The notes under the pieces: model-generated
Told to the model about the DNA's origin: nothing
Seen by the model: the letters and a program-made list of their open reading frames with translations, nothing else
Databases searched by the model: none
In this document: piece by piece, positions 32,673 to 42,716 of the stretch
Numbering within the stretch: the first letter of the stretch is position 1
Layout of the letters: the number at the start of each line of letters is the position of its first letter
NCBI GenBank assembly: GCA_963819655.1
Contig: CAWFXA010000003.1
Coordinates: 32,001-96,000, forward strand
DNA length: 64,000 nucleotides
Reading direction: 5' to 3'
Origin: an uncultured Chloroflexia bacterium
GTDB taxonomy: Bacteria; Chloroflexota; Limnocylindria; Limnocylindrales; CSP1-4
Program-made: the position numbers and the translations under genes

Positions 32673-35128
32673 TTGACGTCTCCCGTGATCGCCAGGTCGA
32701 GGTTGAAGTTGACGCTATCGCTGAAGTCGTTGACGAACCGGATGAGGACCGTGCCGGTCGCCGAGTCGACGAAGTCCCCAGGCCCGGTGACGGCATAGCG
32801 CGACCCACCGGCAAGGTGCGGGAGCCGGCGCCAGGTGCCAGCTGTCAGATCGTACAGCTCGACCTCGGGGAGGCCGTCGAAGACCGGTTGGACGCATCCC
32901 TCGATCGGCGGATTGCCACACGCCACGGGGATCGTCCCGAGAGGAGTGATCGCCTTCGGCTCGGCCCCGGGTAGCCCGAACTCTCCGAAGTTGAAGCCGA
33001 TCGCGAGCTGCGTCGCGTCGATCGTGCCGTCGAACGAGATCGGCCGGTACGACATCTCCGCCGAGCCGCGGCCGAAGCCGATGTTGAACGGATCCTTGTT
33101 GAAGAACGCGGCGTCGCTCGAGACGACCGTGTTGCGGAGCAGGTCCTGGCGGAACGTCGTCTTGCCGCTGACGGTGATGTCGGCCGGCAGGAACCACAGG
33201 ACGTTGCCGGTCCGCCGGGCGACCTGGCCCTCGATCTCGACCGGCAGCAGTTCGCGGTCCGACCAACCGAGGACGACGGCGCCGTCTGCCGGCAGTTGGC
33301 CGGTGAAGCCCCAGTTCGGGTCGAACGTGAGCTGGTCGATGATCGTGTGCCGTGCGTACTGCCGGGCCGTGCCTTCGCCGCCCTGGCTCGGGTCACCGAA
33401 GAAGATCTGCCCGACGATCTTGTCAGACAGCTGCTGGCCCATCTGGACGACCTGGAGCGCGACGTCGACGGAGGCCGTCTGGCCGGGAGCGAGATCGGAC
33501 AGCTTGGCCACGGTCCCGCCCAGCACGACCGCCGGCGCCTGCAACACCTCGTCCGAGTCATTGGTGACGGTTCCCTTGAGCCGTCCCTCCTCGAGGCGCA
33601 GGTCGGCCTGGATGAGCGGCACCGTCACCGCGCTCTCTGCGCGGATCGTGCGCAACGAGCCGAAGCCGACGCCGAGGTCGCGGACACGCGAGGGATCGCC
33701 CTGCAGCACGTCGAGGCTGGACTGGCTGCCGTCGACGCCCATGAAGTCACCGCTGATCGGGGAGGACAGGAGGGCGCCACCGGGCACCCGCACCTGGTAC
33801 GACCCGCGCGACGGCGAGAAGACCCCGAGATACGCCTGCGCGAGGCCCTCGGTCGCGCCTGGCGCTCCGCGAACGATCGCGACCTCGTTGACGATGATGT
33901 CGCTGCCGCGTAGCAGAGAACCGAAACCGTACGCGCCGACCGCGAATGCCACGATCAGCGCCGGCATGGTCACCCACGCCCACTCGCGCTTGTCGAGACG
34001 CCGCAGGACCAGGTAGTTCACCGGGCCGATCAGCAGGATGTAACCACCGAGCAGCGCGATCAGGCCGCCGACCGGCGGAAGCGCCAGCGTCGGCAACTGC
34101 GATGCGGCCTGGACGATCTGGCTGTCATCGCTGATGGCGGCTCCGCCTGCGGAGCGGGTCGGGATGAGCCTACGCCACAGGCCTTCCGCGGGGCGCGTGC
34201 CGGTCAGCCAGTCGGCCGTGGGATCGAAGCCGATGATCGTCACGGCGCCCGTGCCGTACGGTCGCTCGGCCGCCACGGTCTGATCCCCGACCGACGCGAG
34301 GGCCCGACCGGCCGTCAGCGTCCCGGACAGTGCCGGCAGGTCCTTGGCATCGTCCGGCACTTCGCCCAGGAGCGCCCCGAGCGAGGACGCAGCGACGTCG
34401 GTCGTCGTCGTCGGCCGATAGGGCAGGATGGCGTCGGGGAATGCAGACAGGCTCGCGGGACCGGACGTGCCGCCCGCGATGATGAGCCGACCGCCGCCGG
34501 CGACCCAGCCTCGCAGCGCCGCGATCTGCTCAGTGTTGAGCTGCGTCGAATCGATGTCCTGCCAGATCAGGCGATCGAGCGCGCCCCACGCCTCGACGCG
34601 CGTCGGCAGGTCGGCGGCATCGAGGCCGACCGTCAACGGCTTGACGTTGTTCATGTTGGGCAGCAGGTCCAGGTCGCCGATGATGTCGCCCGGTCGTTCC
34701 GCGACGATGCCGACGACCATCTGGGTCCCGTCGTGGATCGCATACGCCGCCTTGGCGGTGGCGATCGTCGTCTCGCCGGAATAGAGGCTGACCTCGAGCT
34801 CACGCCCGAAGCCCGGCGGTTGCGCGTACAGGCGATGGGTCTGATCGGACTGGGTCGGCGCCTGGATGAGGGTCCCGAAGCGCGTCCGCCCCTGCGTCCC
34901 GCCCGTGATGCGCAGCTCGCCGACGATCGGTGGGCCGTCGTTCTTGAGCCGGACGTCGATGGCCATCCACGACCCGACCCGGGCGTGCCCATCGAGCATG
35001 ACCGCGGCCTCCATCGTCAGGCCGGGGGGCGGCGTCACGGCGGTCAGCGCCCGCCGGCTCGCCGCGACCGGGGCGACGACGAGCCCGGCGGCAAGCGCGA
35101 CGGCGGCGCCGATACGCGCCAGGCGCAT
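32669..35128 (-). CDS. Large exported/membrane protein, first gene of the ABC-MoxR operon
   Basis: Signal peptide; LRGWVAGGGRL; YILLIGPVNYLVLRRLDKREWAW TM hairpin. Confidence 0.78.
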
Positions 35129-35348
35129 GACCGGTGAGACCCTCGTGAACCCTGTGTGACGCACGCGGACTCCGAAGCGATGGCCAGATGGGGATGGACG
35201 CACCAAGGACGCCTCGCCCCCGTCGAAAGTTGCGTCTGGCCGTGAGGTGTCGGCTCACCGACGCTTCGGTCGCGGTCCGGACGGGACCTATCGTACGATG
35301 GGGACGTCCCATGAGCCGCAGGCCGCGTGCCGTCATCCCGAGGGATCC

Positions 35349-36681
35349 GTGCCCGATCTCCGCCCATTTCGCGCGCTCCGCTTCGATCCGTCCAGCGTCG
35401 GGGACATCGGGGCGGTCGTCGCGCCGCCGTATGACGTCATCGATTCGACAACGCGTTCCCGGCTGATCGCCCGTCATCCCGCCAACGTCGTCCGGCTCGA
35501 CATGCCGGTCGAGGAGACCGGCGATCAGCCGGATGACCGCTATCGGCGCGCGGCCAGGACACTCGCGACCTGGCGTTCCGACGGGACCCTGCGCAAGGAT
35601 CCGCATCCGTCCGTCTACGCCTACGAGCAGTCCTATCGCGTGCCGGGCACCGCCATCGACCGGACGCAGCGCGGGTTCTTCGCGCGTCTGAAGCTCGAGT
35701 CGTTCGGCCCTGAGTCCGGCGTGTTGCCGCATGAACGGACCCTCGCCGGGCCGAAAGAGGACCGCTACAAGCTGCTCCGCGCCACCGGGGTCAACACGAG
35801 TCCGGTGGTGGGGCTGTTCGACGACCCGACCGAGGGCACCGCGGACCGGCTCGCCGCCGTCGCCGCAGGCCCGCCCGATGTCGACCTGACCGACGACGAT
35901 GGTGTCCGCCACCGGCTGTGGGCCTTGCCCGCCGCGGGCGACGGGCCGGCCAGCATCGTCGCCGGGGAGCTGCTCGCCGCGGCCGAGGCGGGCCCGATCA
36001 CGATCGCCGACGGGCATCACCGATACGAGACGGCGTTGCACTACCGGGATGAGCGGCGGATGTCGCGGTCCTGCGAGGAGGACCCGCCGTTCGACTATCT
36101 GTTGGTGCTGATGCTCGAGGTGACCCACCAGGACCTGACCGTCCTGCCGACCCACCGGCTCATCCGCGGGATCGGGTCCGAGCCGGCGGCCCGCGTCCTC
36201 GCGCGCGCGCACGACCTGTTCGACGTCGAGCCCGTCGGCTCGTCGGACGAGCTGCTCGCGAGGATGGCCGGCAACGACGGCGACGCGGGCGTTCGTGACG
36301 GTGGAGCGCTTCGGTCTGTGGACGCGTGATGGCGGCGCGCTCCTGACGGCACGACGATCCGCCTTCGAGCCGTACCTCCCGGCGGGTGGCGAGGCACTCC
36401 GGTCGCTCGACGTCACCCTCCTCGGTGTGGCCCTCGAGCAGCTCGCCGGCCTCGACGCCGAGGCCGTCGCCGGTGGTGCCGTCGACTACACGAAGTCCGC
36501 TGCCGACGCGATCGCCGCCGTCGACGCCGATGACGGCATCGATGCGGCATTCCTGCTCCAGCCGACGCCCGTCGCATCGGTCGAGGCGGTCGCCCGCGAG
36601 GGCGACGTCATGCCTCAGAAGTCGACGTATTTCTTTCCCAAGGCCCTGACCGGCCTCGTCATCAACCCGCACGAATGGTGA
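35349..36681 (+). CDS. DUF1015 family protein, one apparent frameshift near 36295
   Basis: PFRALRF, APPYDVI, PHERT, IADGHHRY; C-terminal MPQKSTYFFPK in a second frame. Confidence 0.85.
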
Positions 36682-37565
36682 ACCGGATGCCCGACCCGAT
36701 CCCCGAGCCGATCCTGTCTCGAGCGCAGGTGCCGCCATCGAACGGCAGGCCGGTCCGCAAGGACGAGATCGAGCTGCACGACCGCGGGATCTATATCGAA
36801 TCCTGGCTCCCGGAGCGGCGGTCACGACGGAAGCCGCTGCTGTTCGTCCACGGCGAGCTCGCCGGCTCGTGGGTGTGGGAGCGGTTTCTCGGCTACTTCG
36901 CGGGTCGCGGCTGGGAGGGCCACGCCCTCAACCTGCGCAACCACCACTGGTCGCTGACGGCGGATCCGGCCACCCTGTCGTTCGACACCTATGTCGAGGA
37001 CGTCGTCGCCGCGCTTGACCGGCTGGGACCCTCGACCGTCGCGATCGGGCACGGCATGGGCGGGCTCCTCGCGCTCAAGGCCGCGGAGCGGGTCGCGCTT
37101 TCCGGCCTCGTGCTCATCGCGCCGCAACTGCCCCGTGACCTTCGTCCGCCGGTCCGGCCGTATGAGCTGCGCGAGGTTCCGGAGGTCTATGGGCGCAGCG
37201 TGATCGGCTGGGAGACACTCCCCGAAAAGTTGCTCCGCGACGACCGCGACCTCACCCTGGCCGACGTGCTGCGCATCCAGCACCTGCTCGGCCAGAAGCC
37301 GCATGAAGCCGGAGCTGCGCGGCGGCAGGTCCTGGCCGGCATCCCGGTCGACCGGCGGGTCGTCGCCGAGGTCCCTCGACTCGTCATCGGCGGCGGGCTC
37401 GACCGGACGACCACGCTGGACGACGCCGAGCGCCTCGCCGAGTGGCTCGACTCGGAATTCGAGCCGTTCGGAGCGCATTCTCATTTCGGTCTGATCCACG
37501 GCGAGCACAGCTATCAGCAGGTCGCCGAGGCGGTCCGCAGCTTCCTCGAGCTGCACCGGCTCTGA
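36675..37565 (+). CDS. Alpha/beta hydrolase fold protein (nucleophile elbow reads GHGMG)
   Basis: LLFVHG, IGHGMGG, GGGLD, SH near the C-terminus. Confidence 0.8.
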   Translation: MVNRMPDPIPEPILSRAQVPPSNGRPVRKDEIELHDRGIYIESWLPERRSRRKPLLFVHGELAGSWVWERFLGYFAGRGWEGHALNLRNHHWSLTADPATLSFDTYVEDVVAALDRLGPSTVAIGHGMGGLLALKAAERVALSGLVLIAPQLPRDLRPPVRPYELREVPEVYGRSVIGWETLPEKLLRDDRDLTLADVLRIQHLLGQKPHEAGAARRQVLAGIPVDRRVVAEVPRLVIGGGLDRTTTLDDAERLAEWLDSEFEPFGAHSHFGLIHGEHSYQQVAEAVRSFLELHRL

Positions 37566-37850
37566 CCGATTGGCGGTGCGCGGACGCACCGGCCGACTGG
37601 AACGTGCGTGTGATGCCCGTGGTGCGCCCTGTCACCTCTCTGCCATGTCTGAGACAATGACCCCAGCAGGGAGTCCCCCCGGCGTCCGTTCGCCGCCGCA
37701 TCGCCGCTGACCGAGCGGTCGCCGACCCCCAAGCCCCGCGCTCACTGCGGGTTCCCCCCAGCTCCCTGTCACATCCCGGACCGTGCATCGGCGCGTCCCG
37801 GACAGCCTTCGTTCGCCGCCCCCAGCGGCGTCCAGGTAGAGAGGAGCGTC

Positions 37851-39920
37851 ATGTCGTCGCTCTCGAACGGCGCCCAGTGGGCGTCTCGTCGAGTCATCCC
37901 AGCGTTGATCGTGCACGTCGTAGCCTTCCTGCTGGCCTTTGGCACGATCCTGATCGTCGCCCGCATGAGTCCGACCTCGGCGGCCACCGACACCATCCTC
38001 ATGTCGCGATCCGAGCTTCTCTCGCGACCGACCAGCGGGACCGCATGGACCGCCCTCAAGGCCCGCGCCGACTCGTCGATCGGCACGCCTGACATCTCGA
38101 ATCAGGACGAGTCCGCGGACGTCACAACACTCGCCAAGGGCCTGGTCTATGCGCGCATCGGCGGTGCCGGCTACCGGGGCGACGTCATCTCCGCCCTGAA
38201 GAGCGCCGTCGGTTCCGAGACCGGCGGGCGGACTCTCGCCCTCGGGCGCAACCTTCCGGGCTACGTCATCGCGGCGGACCTCGTCGACCTTCCGTCGGCC
38301 GATCCATCGTTCGACCAGAACACGTTCCGTCCGTGGCTGCGGTCGCTGCTGACCAAGACCCTCGACGGGCGGACGCTCGTCAGCACGCACGAGGATCGTC
38401 CGAACAACTGGGGCACCCATGCCGGGGCCGCGCGCGCCGCGGTCGCCGGGTACCTTGGCGACAGCGCCCAGATCGCTCGGACCGCACAGGTGTTCCGGGG
38501 CTACCTCGGCGATCGCACCGCCTACGCCGGGTTCAGCTACGGCGAGCTCAGCTGGCAGTGCGACCCGCTCCGACCTGTCGGGATCAACCCGCCGTGTTCG
38601 CGTGCGGGCATCAACCTCGATGGCGTCCTGCCGGACGACCTGCGTCGTGGCGGCGCGCTGCAGTGGCCGCCCGCCTCCACGGGCTATCCGTGGGAGGGGA
38701 TGCAGGGCGCGGTCCTGCAGGCCGAGCTCCTGCGGATGCAAGGCTACGACGCCTGGTCCTGGTCGAATCGCGCACTGCTGCGAGCGACGACGTTCCTCTA
38801 CAACCGCGCCGGCTGGCCGGCGACGGGCGACGACGAATGGCAGCCGTGGCTGATCGACAAGCGGTACGGCACGTCGTTCCGCGCGCCCGCCCCCGCACGG
38901 ACAGGCAAGAACTTCGGCTTCACCGACTGGTTGTACGGGGCGGCCGGCACCACGTCCGGACCGCCGCCGGCGCCGGCGACCCCACCCCCGACAGCGACGC
39001 CGAGGCCGACCGCGACGCCAGGGCCGACACCGGTCCCGACGCCCGTGGGGACTCCGGCTCCGACGCCGGGTAGTACACCCGCTCCAACGCCAGGTCCGAC
39101 GCCGACCGGCGCGACCGTGCCCACGGCACAGCCGACGCCGACGCCGGATGGCACGCCGGGACCGGCCGCCACGCCGACGCCGACACCCGCGCCGACCACT
39201 GCCCCCACGCCTGAGCCGACACCGACCTCGTCTCCGTCGAGGCCCCAGTCGGCGAAGCCGCCCAAGGTGAGCCGTCCACTGGTCACGCTGTCCGACACCT
39301 CGGCGGTCCCGAGCGTTGGCGTGCCGGTCATCGTCGACTGGGCGCTGACCGACACGCAGGCGGGCATCCGGAACTACCAGCTCCAGGTCCGCATCGGCGA
39401 TGGCAGCTGGGCTCCGCTCAGCCTCACGTCCCCCGCCTCGAGCGTCTCGAGGCGCACGGTACCGGTCGGGACGACGTTCCGCTTCCGGGTCCGTGCGATC
39501 GACCGTGCGGGCACGGTCGGCGACTGGGTCAGCTCCGCCACGTACCGCGCGAGCGCGGTGTCGGACTCGTCCAGTGCCGTCCGCTGGTCGGGTTCATGGG
39601 TCTTCGCCTCGCACAGCGGCTATCTCGGTCGTCGGGCGCACTCGACGACCCGCCGTGGCGACATCGCCACGATCGATTTCAATGGCACATCCATCGCGTG
39701 GGCCGGCCCCGTCGGCCCGACGCGCGGCAAGGCAATCGTGCTGATCGACGGCAAGGCGGTGGCCACCATCGACCTCGGACACGCGACGTTCCGGGCGAGG
39801 GACATGGTGTTCGCTCGCAACCTGCCCGAAGGTCCACACACCCTCCGGGTGCAGGCGCAGGGCACGAGCGGGCGACCGACGGTCGCCATCGACCACATCT
39901 ACATCCTGAGCCCGCAGTGA
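37851..39920 (+). CDS. Secreted alginate-lyase-like protein with Pro/Thr linker and C-terminal beta-rich modules
   Basis: N-terminal TM/signal; RPNNWGTH motif; long PT linker; FRFRVRAIDRAG FN3-like segment. Confidence 0.65.
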   Translation: MSSLSNGAQWASRRVIPALIVHVVAFLLAFGTILIVARMSPTSAATDTILMSRSELLSRPTSGTAWTALKARADSSIGTPDISNQDESADVTTLAKGLVYARIGGAGYRGDVISALKSAVGSETGGRTLALGRNLPGYVIAADLVDLPSADPSFDQNTFRPWLRSLLTKTLDGRTLVSTHEDRPNNWGTHAGAARAAVAGYLGDSAQIARTAQVFRGYLGDRTAYAGFSYGELSWQCDPLRPVGINPPCSRAGINLDGVLPDDLRRGGALQWPPASTGYPWEGMQGAVLQAELLRMQGYDAWSWSNRALLRATTFLYNRAGWPATGDDEWQPWLIDKRYGTSFRAPAPARTGKNFGFTDWLYGAAGTTSGPPPAPATPPPTATPRPTATPGPTPVPTPVGTPAPTPGSTPAPTPGPTPTGATVPTAQPTPTPDGTPGPAATPTPTPAPTTAPTPEPTPTSSPSRPQSAKPPKVSRPLVTLSDTSAVPSVGVPVIVDWALTDTQAGIRNYQLQVRIGDGSWAPLSLTSPASSVSRRTVPVGTTFRFRVRAIDRAGTVGDWVSSATYRASAVSDSSSAVRWSGSWVFASHSGYLGRRAHSTTRRGDIATIDFNGTSIAWAGPVGPTRGKAIVLIDGKAVATIDLGHATFRARDMVFARNLPEGPHTLRVQAQGTSGRPTVAIDHIYILSPQ

Positions 39921-39997
39921 ACGGGAGCCCGGGCGACCGGGCTCCAGTCCTCTGGTATCCTGTCGGCCGTCGCGGCGGTCCCCGCCCGACGGCCGGC

Positions 39998-40074
39998 GCC
40001 GCATTCGTCTAGAGGCCCAGGACACCGCCCTCTCAAGGCGGAGATCACCGGTTCGAATCCGGTATGCGGTACCA
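39998..40074 (+). tRNA. tRNA-Glu (anticodon CTC)
   Basis: Acceptor stem GCCGCAT/ATGCGGT; anticodon arm CCGCC-CTCTCAA-GGCGG; T arm CCGGTTCGAATCCGG; encoded CCA; TATCCT -10 box at 39956. Confidence 0.96.
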
Positions 40075-40089
40075 AAATCGCCAGTTTCG

Positions 40090-40113
40090 GCCCGATCCAC
40101 GCTCGGATCGGGC
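40090..40113. terminator. Hairpin after tRNA-Glu
   Basis: GCCCGATCC-ACGCTC-GGATCGGGC. Confidence 0.6.
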
Positions 40114-40197
40114 TCGATTGCGATCGGCCTGCGGAAGGTCATCGCCTGGACGGACATCACCCGCGACCCGACTCGCTTCCGCTTCGACGGCCGATGA

Positions 40198-40623
40198 TCA
40201 GAGGGCAGTGACCTCGTCGCCGACGGAGATCACCCCATCGGTCAGGATGTCGGCGTTGATGCCGCCGCGGTGCACGAGGTCCCGGATGATCCCCGGGCGG
40301 GTCCGCTGCTCGAGTGATAGACAGGGCTCGCAGATCTCGACCCCGTAGCACTCGACCTCGCCGACCCGGAAGCGCCGGCCGATCAGCTCGTTGAGCCGCA
40401 CCCCGCGCACGGTCACCTGCCGGCGGGTGGCCCCCGGCGGCAGGCCGACCTCGTCGACGACCTCCTCCTCGACCAGCGTGAGGGCCTCGCCAGGATCGGC
40501 GCCGCCCTGGGCGTGGAAGTGGCGGTCGCCCTCGAGGCCCATGCCCGCCCGTGCCCGGACCGACGGCACCGGCGCGACCGGGCCGCCGTGGTCAGCGCCG
40601 AGGTGGATCGCGACGACCTGCAC
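40198..40623 (-). CDS. MOSC domain protein
   Basis: GLEGDRH, TRRQVTVRG, FRVGEV, ICEPC, RGGINADILTDGVISVGD. Confidence 0.88.
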   Translation of the reverse strand: MQVVAIHLGADHGGPVAPVPSVRARAGMGLEGDRHFHAQGGADPGEALTLVEEEVVDEVGLPPGATRRQVTVRGVRLNELIGRRFRVGEVECYGVEICEPCLSLEQRTRPGIIRDLVHRGGINADILTDGVISVGDEVTAL

Positions 40624-41045
40624 TCTGGGACCTCCTGCTGAGCCCGCGACCGCCCTTGGCGGGCATTCGTCAGGTCAAGGCTAACGCTGCGGCCCATCTT
40701 CCGTTAGTACCGTCAGCCGCTGGGAAATCAACGAGTACCTGACGCTGTTCTGAGCGATCACAAGGATGGGTGACCACCCAACACGCGGCCGGCTCGGTCA
40801 GCGCCAAGCCGGATACCTTCCCCTTGTTGGGCTACGTGTCACGGTCGGTCGGGACTCGTAGCCGCTCGAATCCGGCGGAGCGCCTAGGTTACTGGTCAGG
40901 CGAATTGCGTGGCGCTTCGGGTTTGTCGCGCAAGCACCCCTGTCCGGACAGGTCGCACGTCCGACTAGTGATTCGAGCGCGCCCGACAGGAACCCCGACG
41001 GCACCGGCGCCCCGGACTCGTCCGGGCCATCTCTCGGCGCCGGAC

Positions 41046-41189
41046 CTGAACCCCTATCTGAACCCTTATGGATCCTGTGTCTTGTGTCTCATGTGTCTCT
41101 TGGATGTACTCGTTGAACGCGGCTGAGACACATGAGACGGTTCACTAGGCATCCGGTATGCGGTACCACTACACCACGACATGTAGTGG
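41046..41189. other. att junction 1: arm-like repeats, 14-bp inverted repeat, att core and NrdR-box-like palindrome
   Basis: CTGAACCCCTAT-CTGAACCCTTAT 41046-41069; IR 41086-41099/41125-41138; core 41151-41168; CCACGACATGTAGTGG 41174-41189. Confidence 0.7.
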
Positions 41190-41248
41190 TTTGTTGCGGT
41201 TTGATGGTCGCGCCAACCTGTCCTCTCCGACCCCGAGGGCGCGGTCAG

Positions 41249-41624
41249 CTACAGGTCGACCTGGACCTCGCCGTTGGCGACGTGGAGGGGGTAGCTGCGC
41301 ACGGGGTCCTCAGCCGGACCGCGCACGACCGCACCGCTCGTGACGTCGAAGCGGCTTCCGTGGCAGGCACACTGCACCGTGGACCCGTCGAGCTTCCCAT
41401 CACCCAGAGAGCAACCCCTGTGGGTGCACGTGTCGTCGATGGCAAAGAGCGTCCCGGCCACGTTCGCGAGGGTGATCCGCGTTCCCTTGGAGCGACCGGC
41501 CCCGATCGTCCTTAGGAGCGGGATCCGGCTCCGACCGACCGCTTCGGCGCCGTGCTCAACGGACCTCGAACGCCCGCACATGCCCCGGCTCGACGTCGGT
41601 CGTGCGCGCAATGGTTCTCAGCAT
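41249..41624 (-). pseudogene. Rieske [2Fe-2S] ferredoxin interrupted by a 73-bp insertion (41489-41561)
   Basis: GAGGAGG RBS, MLRTIARTTDVEPGHVRAFEV, then insertion with a stop, then KGTRITLANV...CTH...CACHGSRFD; removing 73 bp gives a 303-bp ORF. Confidence 0.75.
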
Positions 41625-41684
41625 CTCTGAACCTCCTCGAAGGACCACTTTGATCTCTCGTCAGGTGTCGTGTCCGCATGGGCC

Positions 41685-42092
41685 TCAGTTCCCGACAAGG
41701 CCCGCGCGAGCGGATGGCGTCGAGTCCTGCGCAGTACTGTCGGGGCCCGCGAAGACGTAGACGATCATCGCGACCCAGCCAAGGCTGACGAGCCCCAGGA
41801 CGAGCAGCACGACGAACCAGGTCTTGTCATCGAGTCGGGACGTGTTGAGCAGCGCACCGACCCACGAGGCGATCGCGGCCAGCGTGCCCGCCGCCAGGAC
41901 GAGCGAGGCGACGATGAGAGCGGCGATGGCCCAGGCGAACGGTCCGCCGCTCAGGGTCACGACCTCGGAGCCACGGATGACGACCGCGCCATTTGCGAGC
42001 GCCGCCACGACGCCAGCGATCCCGATGGTCAACCCCACGACGACCGTGGCGATGGCACCGGCGAACAGCCGGGTAATGGTTGACTTCGACAT
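41685..42092 (-). CDS. Small membrane protein
   Basis: Several hydrophobic helices; DKTWFVVLLVLG...MIVYVFAGPD. Confidence 0.72.
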   Translation of the reverse strand: MSKSTITRLFAGAIATVVVGLTIGIAGVVAALANGAVVIRGSEVVTLSGGPFAWAIAALIVASLVLAAGTLAAIASWVGALLNTSRLDDKTWFVVLLVLGLVSLGWVAMIVYVFAGPDSTAQDSTPSARAGLVGN

Positions 42093-42125
42093 TTCGACTA
42101 CCTCGCTGTTGGAGTCCGATGACCC

Positions 42126-42521
42126 TTACTCCCCGATGACCTCGATCACCATGCCGGGATGCCATGTGCAGACGAACTGCGTAGTTCCCTTTGGCACCGT
42201 GGCGGTCACCGTCACAATGCCCCCGGACTCCATCGGGCCGGTGCTGACATTCAGGTCAGTACTGGTGAAGTTGTGGTTCGACTGCCCCGCGTTGCGCAGC
42301 TCGAACGTTGCCGGGACTCCCGCGTCAACCTGCACGCTCGCGGGCTGGAACGTGTCGTCCTGCATGACGATCTGCGTGGCGTCCTGTCCGCCCGGGCCCG
42401 GCCGAACATCACCGGCCGCGTTCTCGCCCAGCGCATTTCCATAGATGGCCGCGGCACCTGCACCGATCACGACGACCAGCAGCAGCGCCGCGACCCCGGC
42501 GACAATCATCCATCGACGCAT
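42126..42521 (-). CDS. Exported cupredoxin-domain protein
   Basis: Signal/TM; HNF...FVCTWHPGM type-1 copper ligands. Confidence 0.82.
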   Translation of the reverse strand: MRRWMIVAGVAALLLVVVIGAGAAAIYGNALGENAAGDVRPGPGGQDATQIVMQDDTFQPASVQVDAGVPATFELRNAGQSNHNFTSTDLNVSTGPMESGGIVTVTATVPKGTTQFVCTWHPGMVIEVIGE

Positions 42522-42605
42522 CTCGAATCCTCCTAGCCCGATAGGGCACTTATGGATCCGGCCGTTGGCGACGCCAGCGCAGTCCGGACCCGTAGTCCGG
42601 CCACG

Positions 42606-42663
42606 ACCGTATGTCTCAGAGAGTCGCGAGTCGTCACTCGGAAGTGCAGTAGCGGGGTGGAAT
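42606..42663 (-). promoter_or_regulatory. Island-2 operator copy 1 plus -10 box
   Basis: ATTCCACCCCGCTACTGCACTTCCGAGTGA, 22 bp, TACGGT. Confidence 0.72.
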
Positions 42664-42716
42664 TCCGACGAGGAACGAGCACCGTCCCGAGGTTGGCAAG
42701 CCCTGGTCGGCGGGCC

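Larger units (their letters stand above)
40075..41168. mobile_element. Island 1 (~1.1 kb islet) at tRNA-Glu
   Basis: Bounded by tRNA 3' end ATCCGGTATGCGGTACCA (40057-40074) and an identical copy at 41151-41168; no integrase seen. Confidence 0.72.

Noticed and set aside
37566-37850. Riboswitch upstream of the lyase-like gene
   Set aside because: I recognise no conserved riboswitch core; an Rfam search is needed.
38960-39240. Pro/Thr-coding repeats (also 62880-63030) as DNA repeat elements
   Set aside because: They are ordinary low-complexity protein linkers.
40770-41126. ORF in island 1 as an integrase or excisionase
   Set aside because: No recognisable catalytic or HTH motif, and it runs through the att-arm repeats; likely non-coding remnant DNA.
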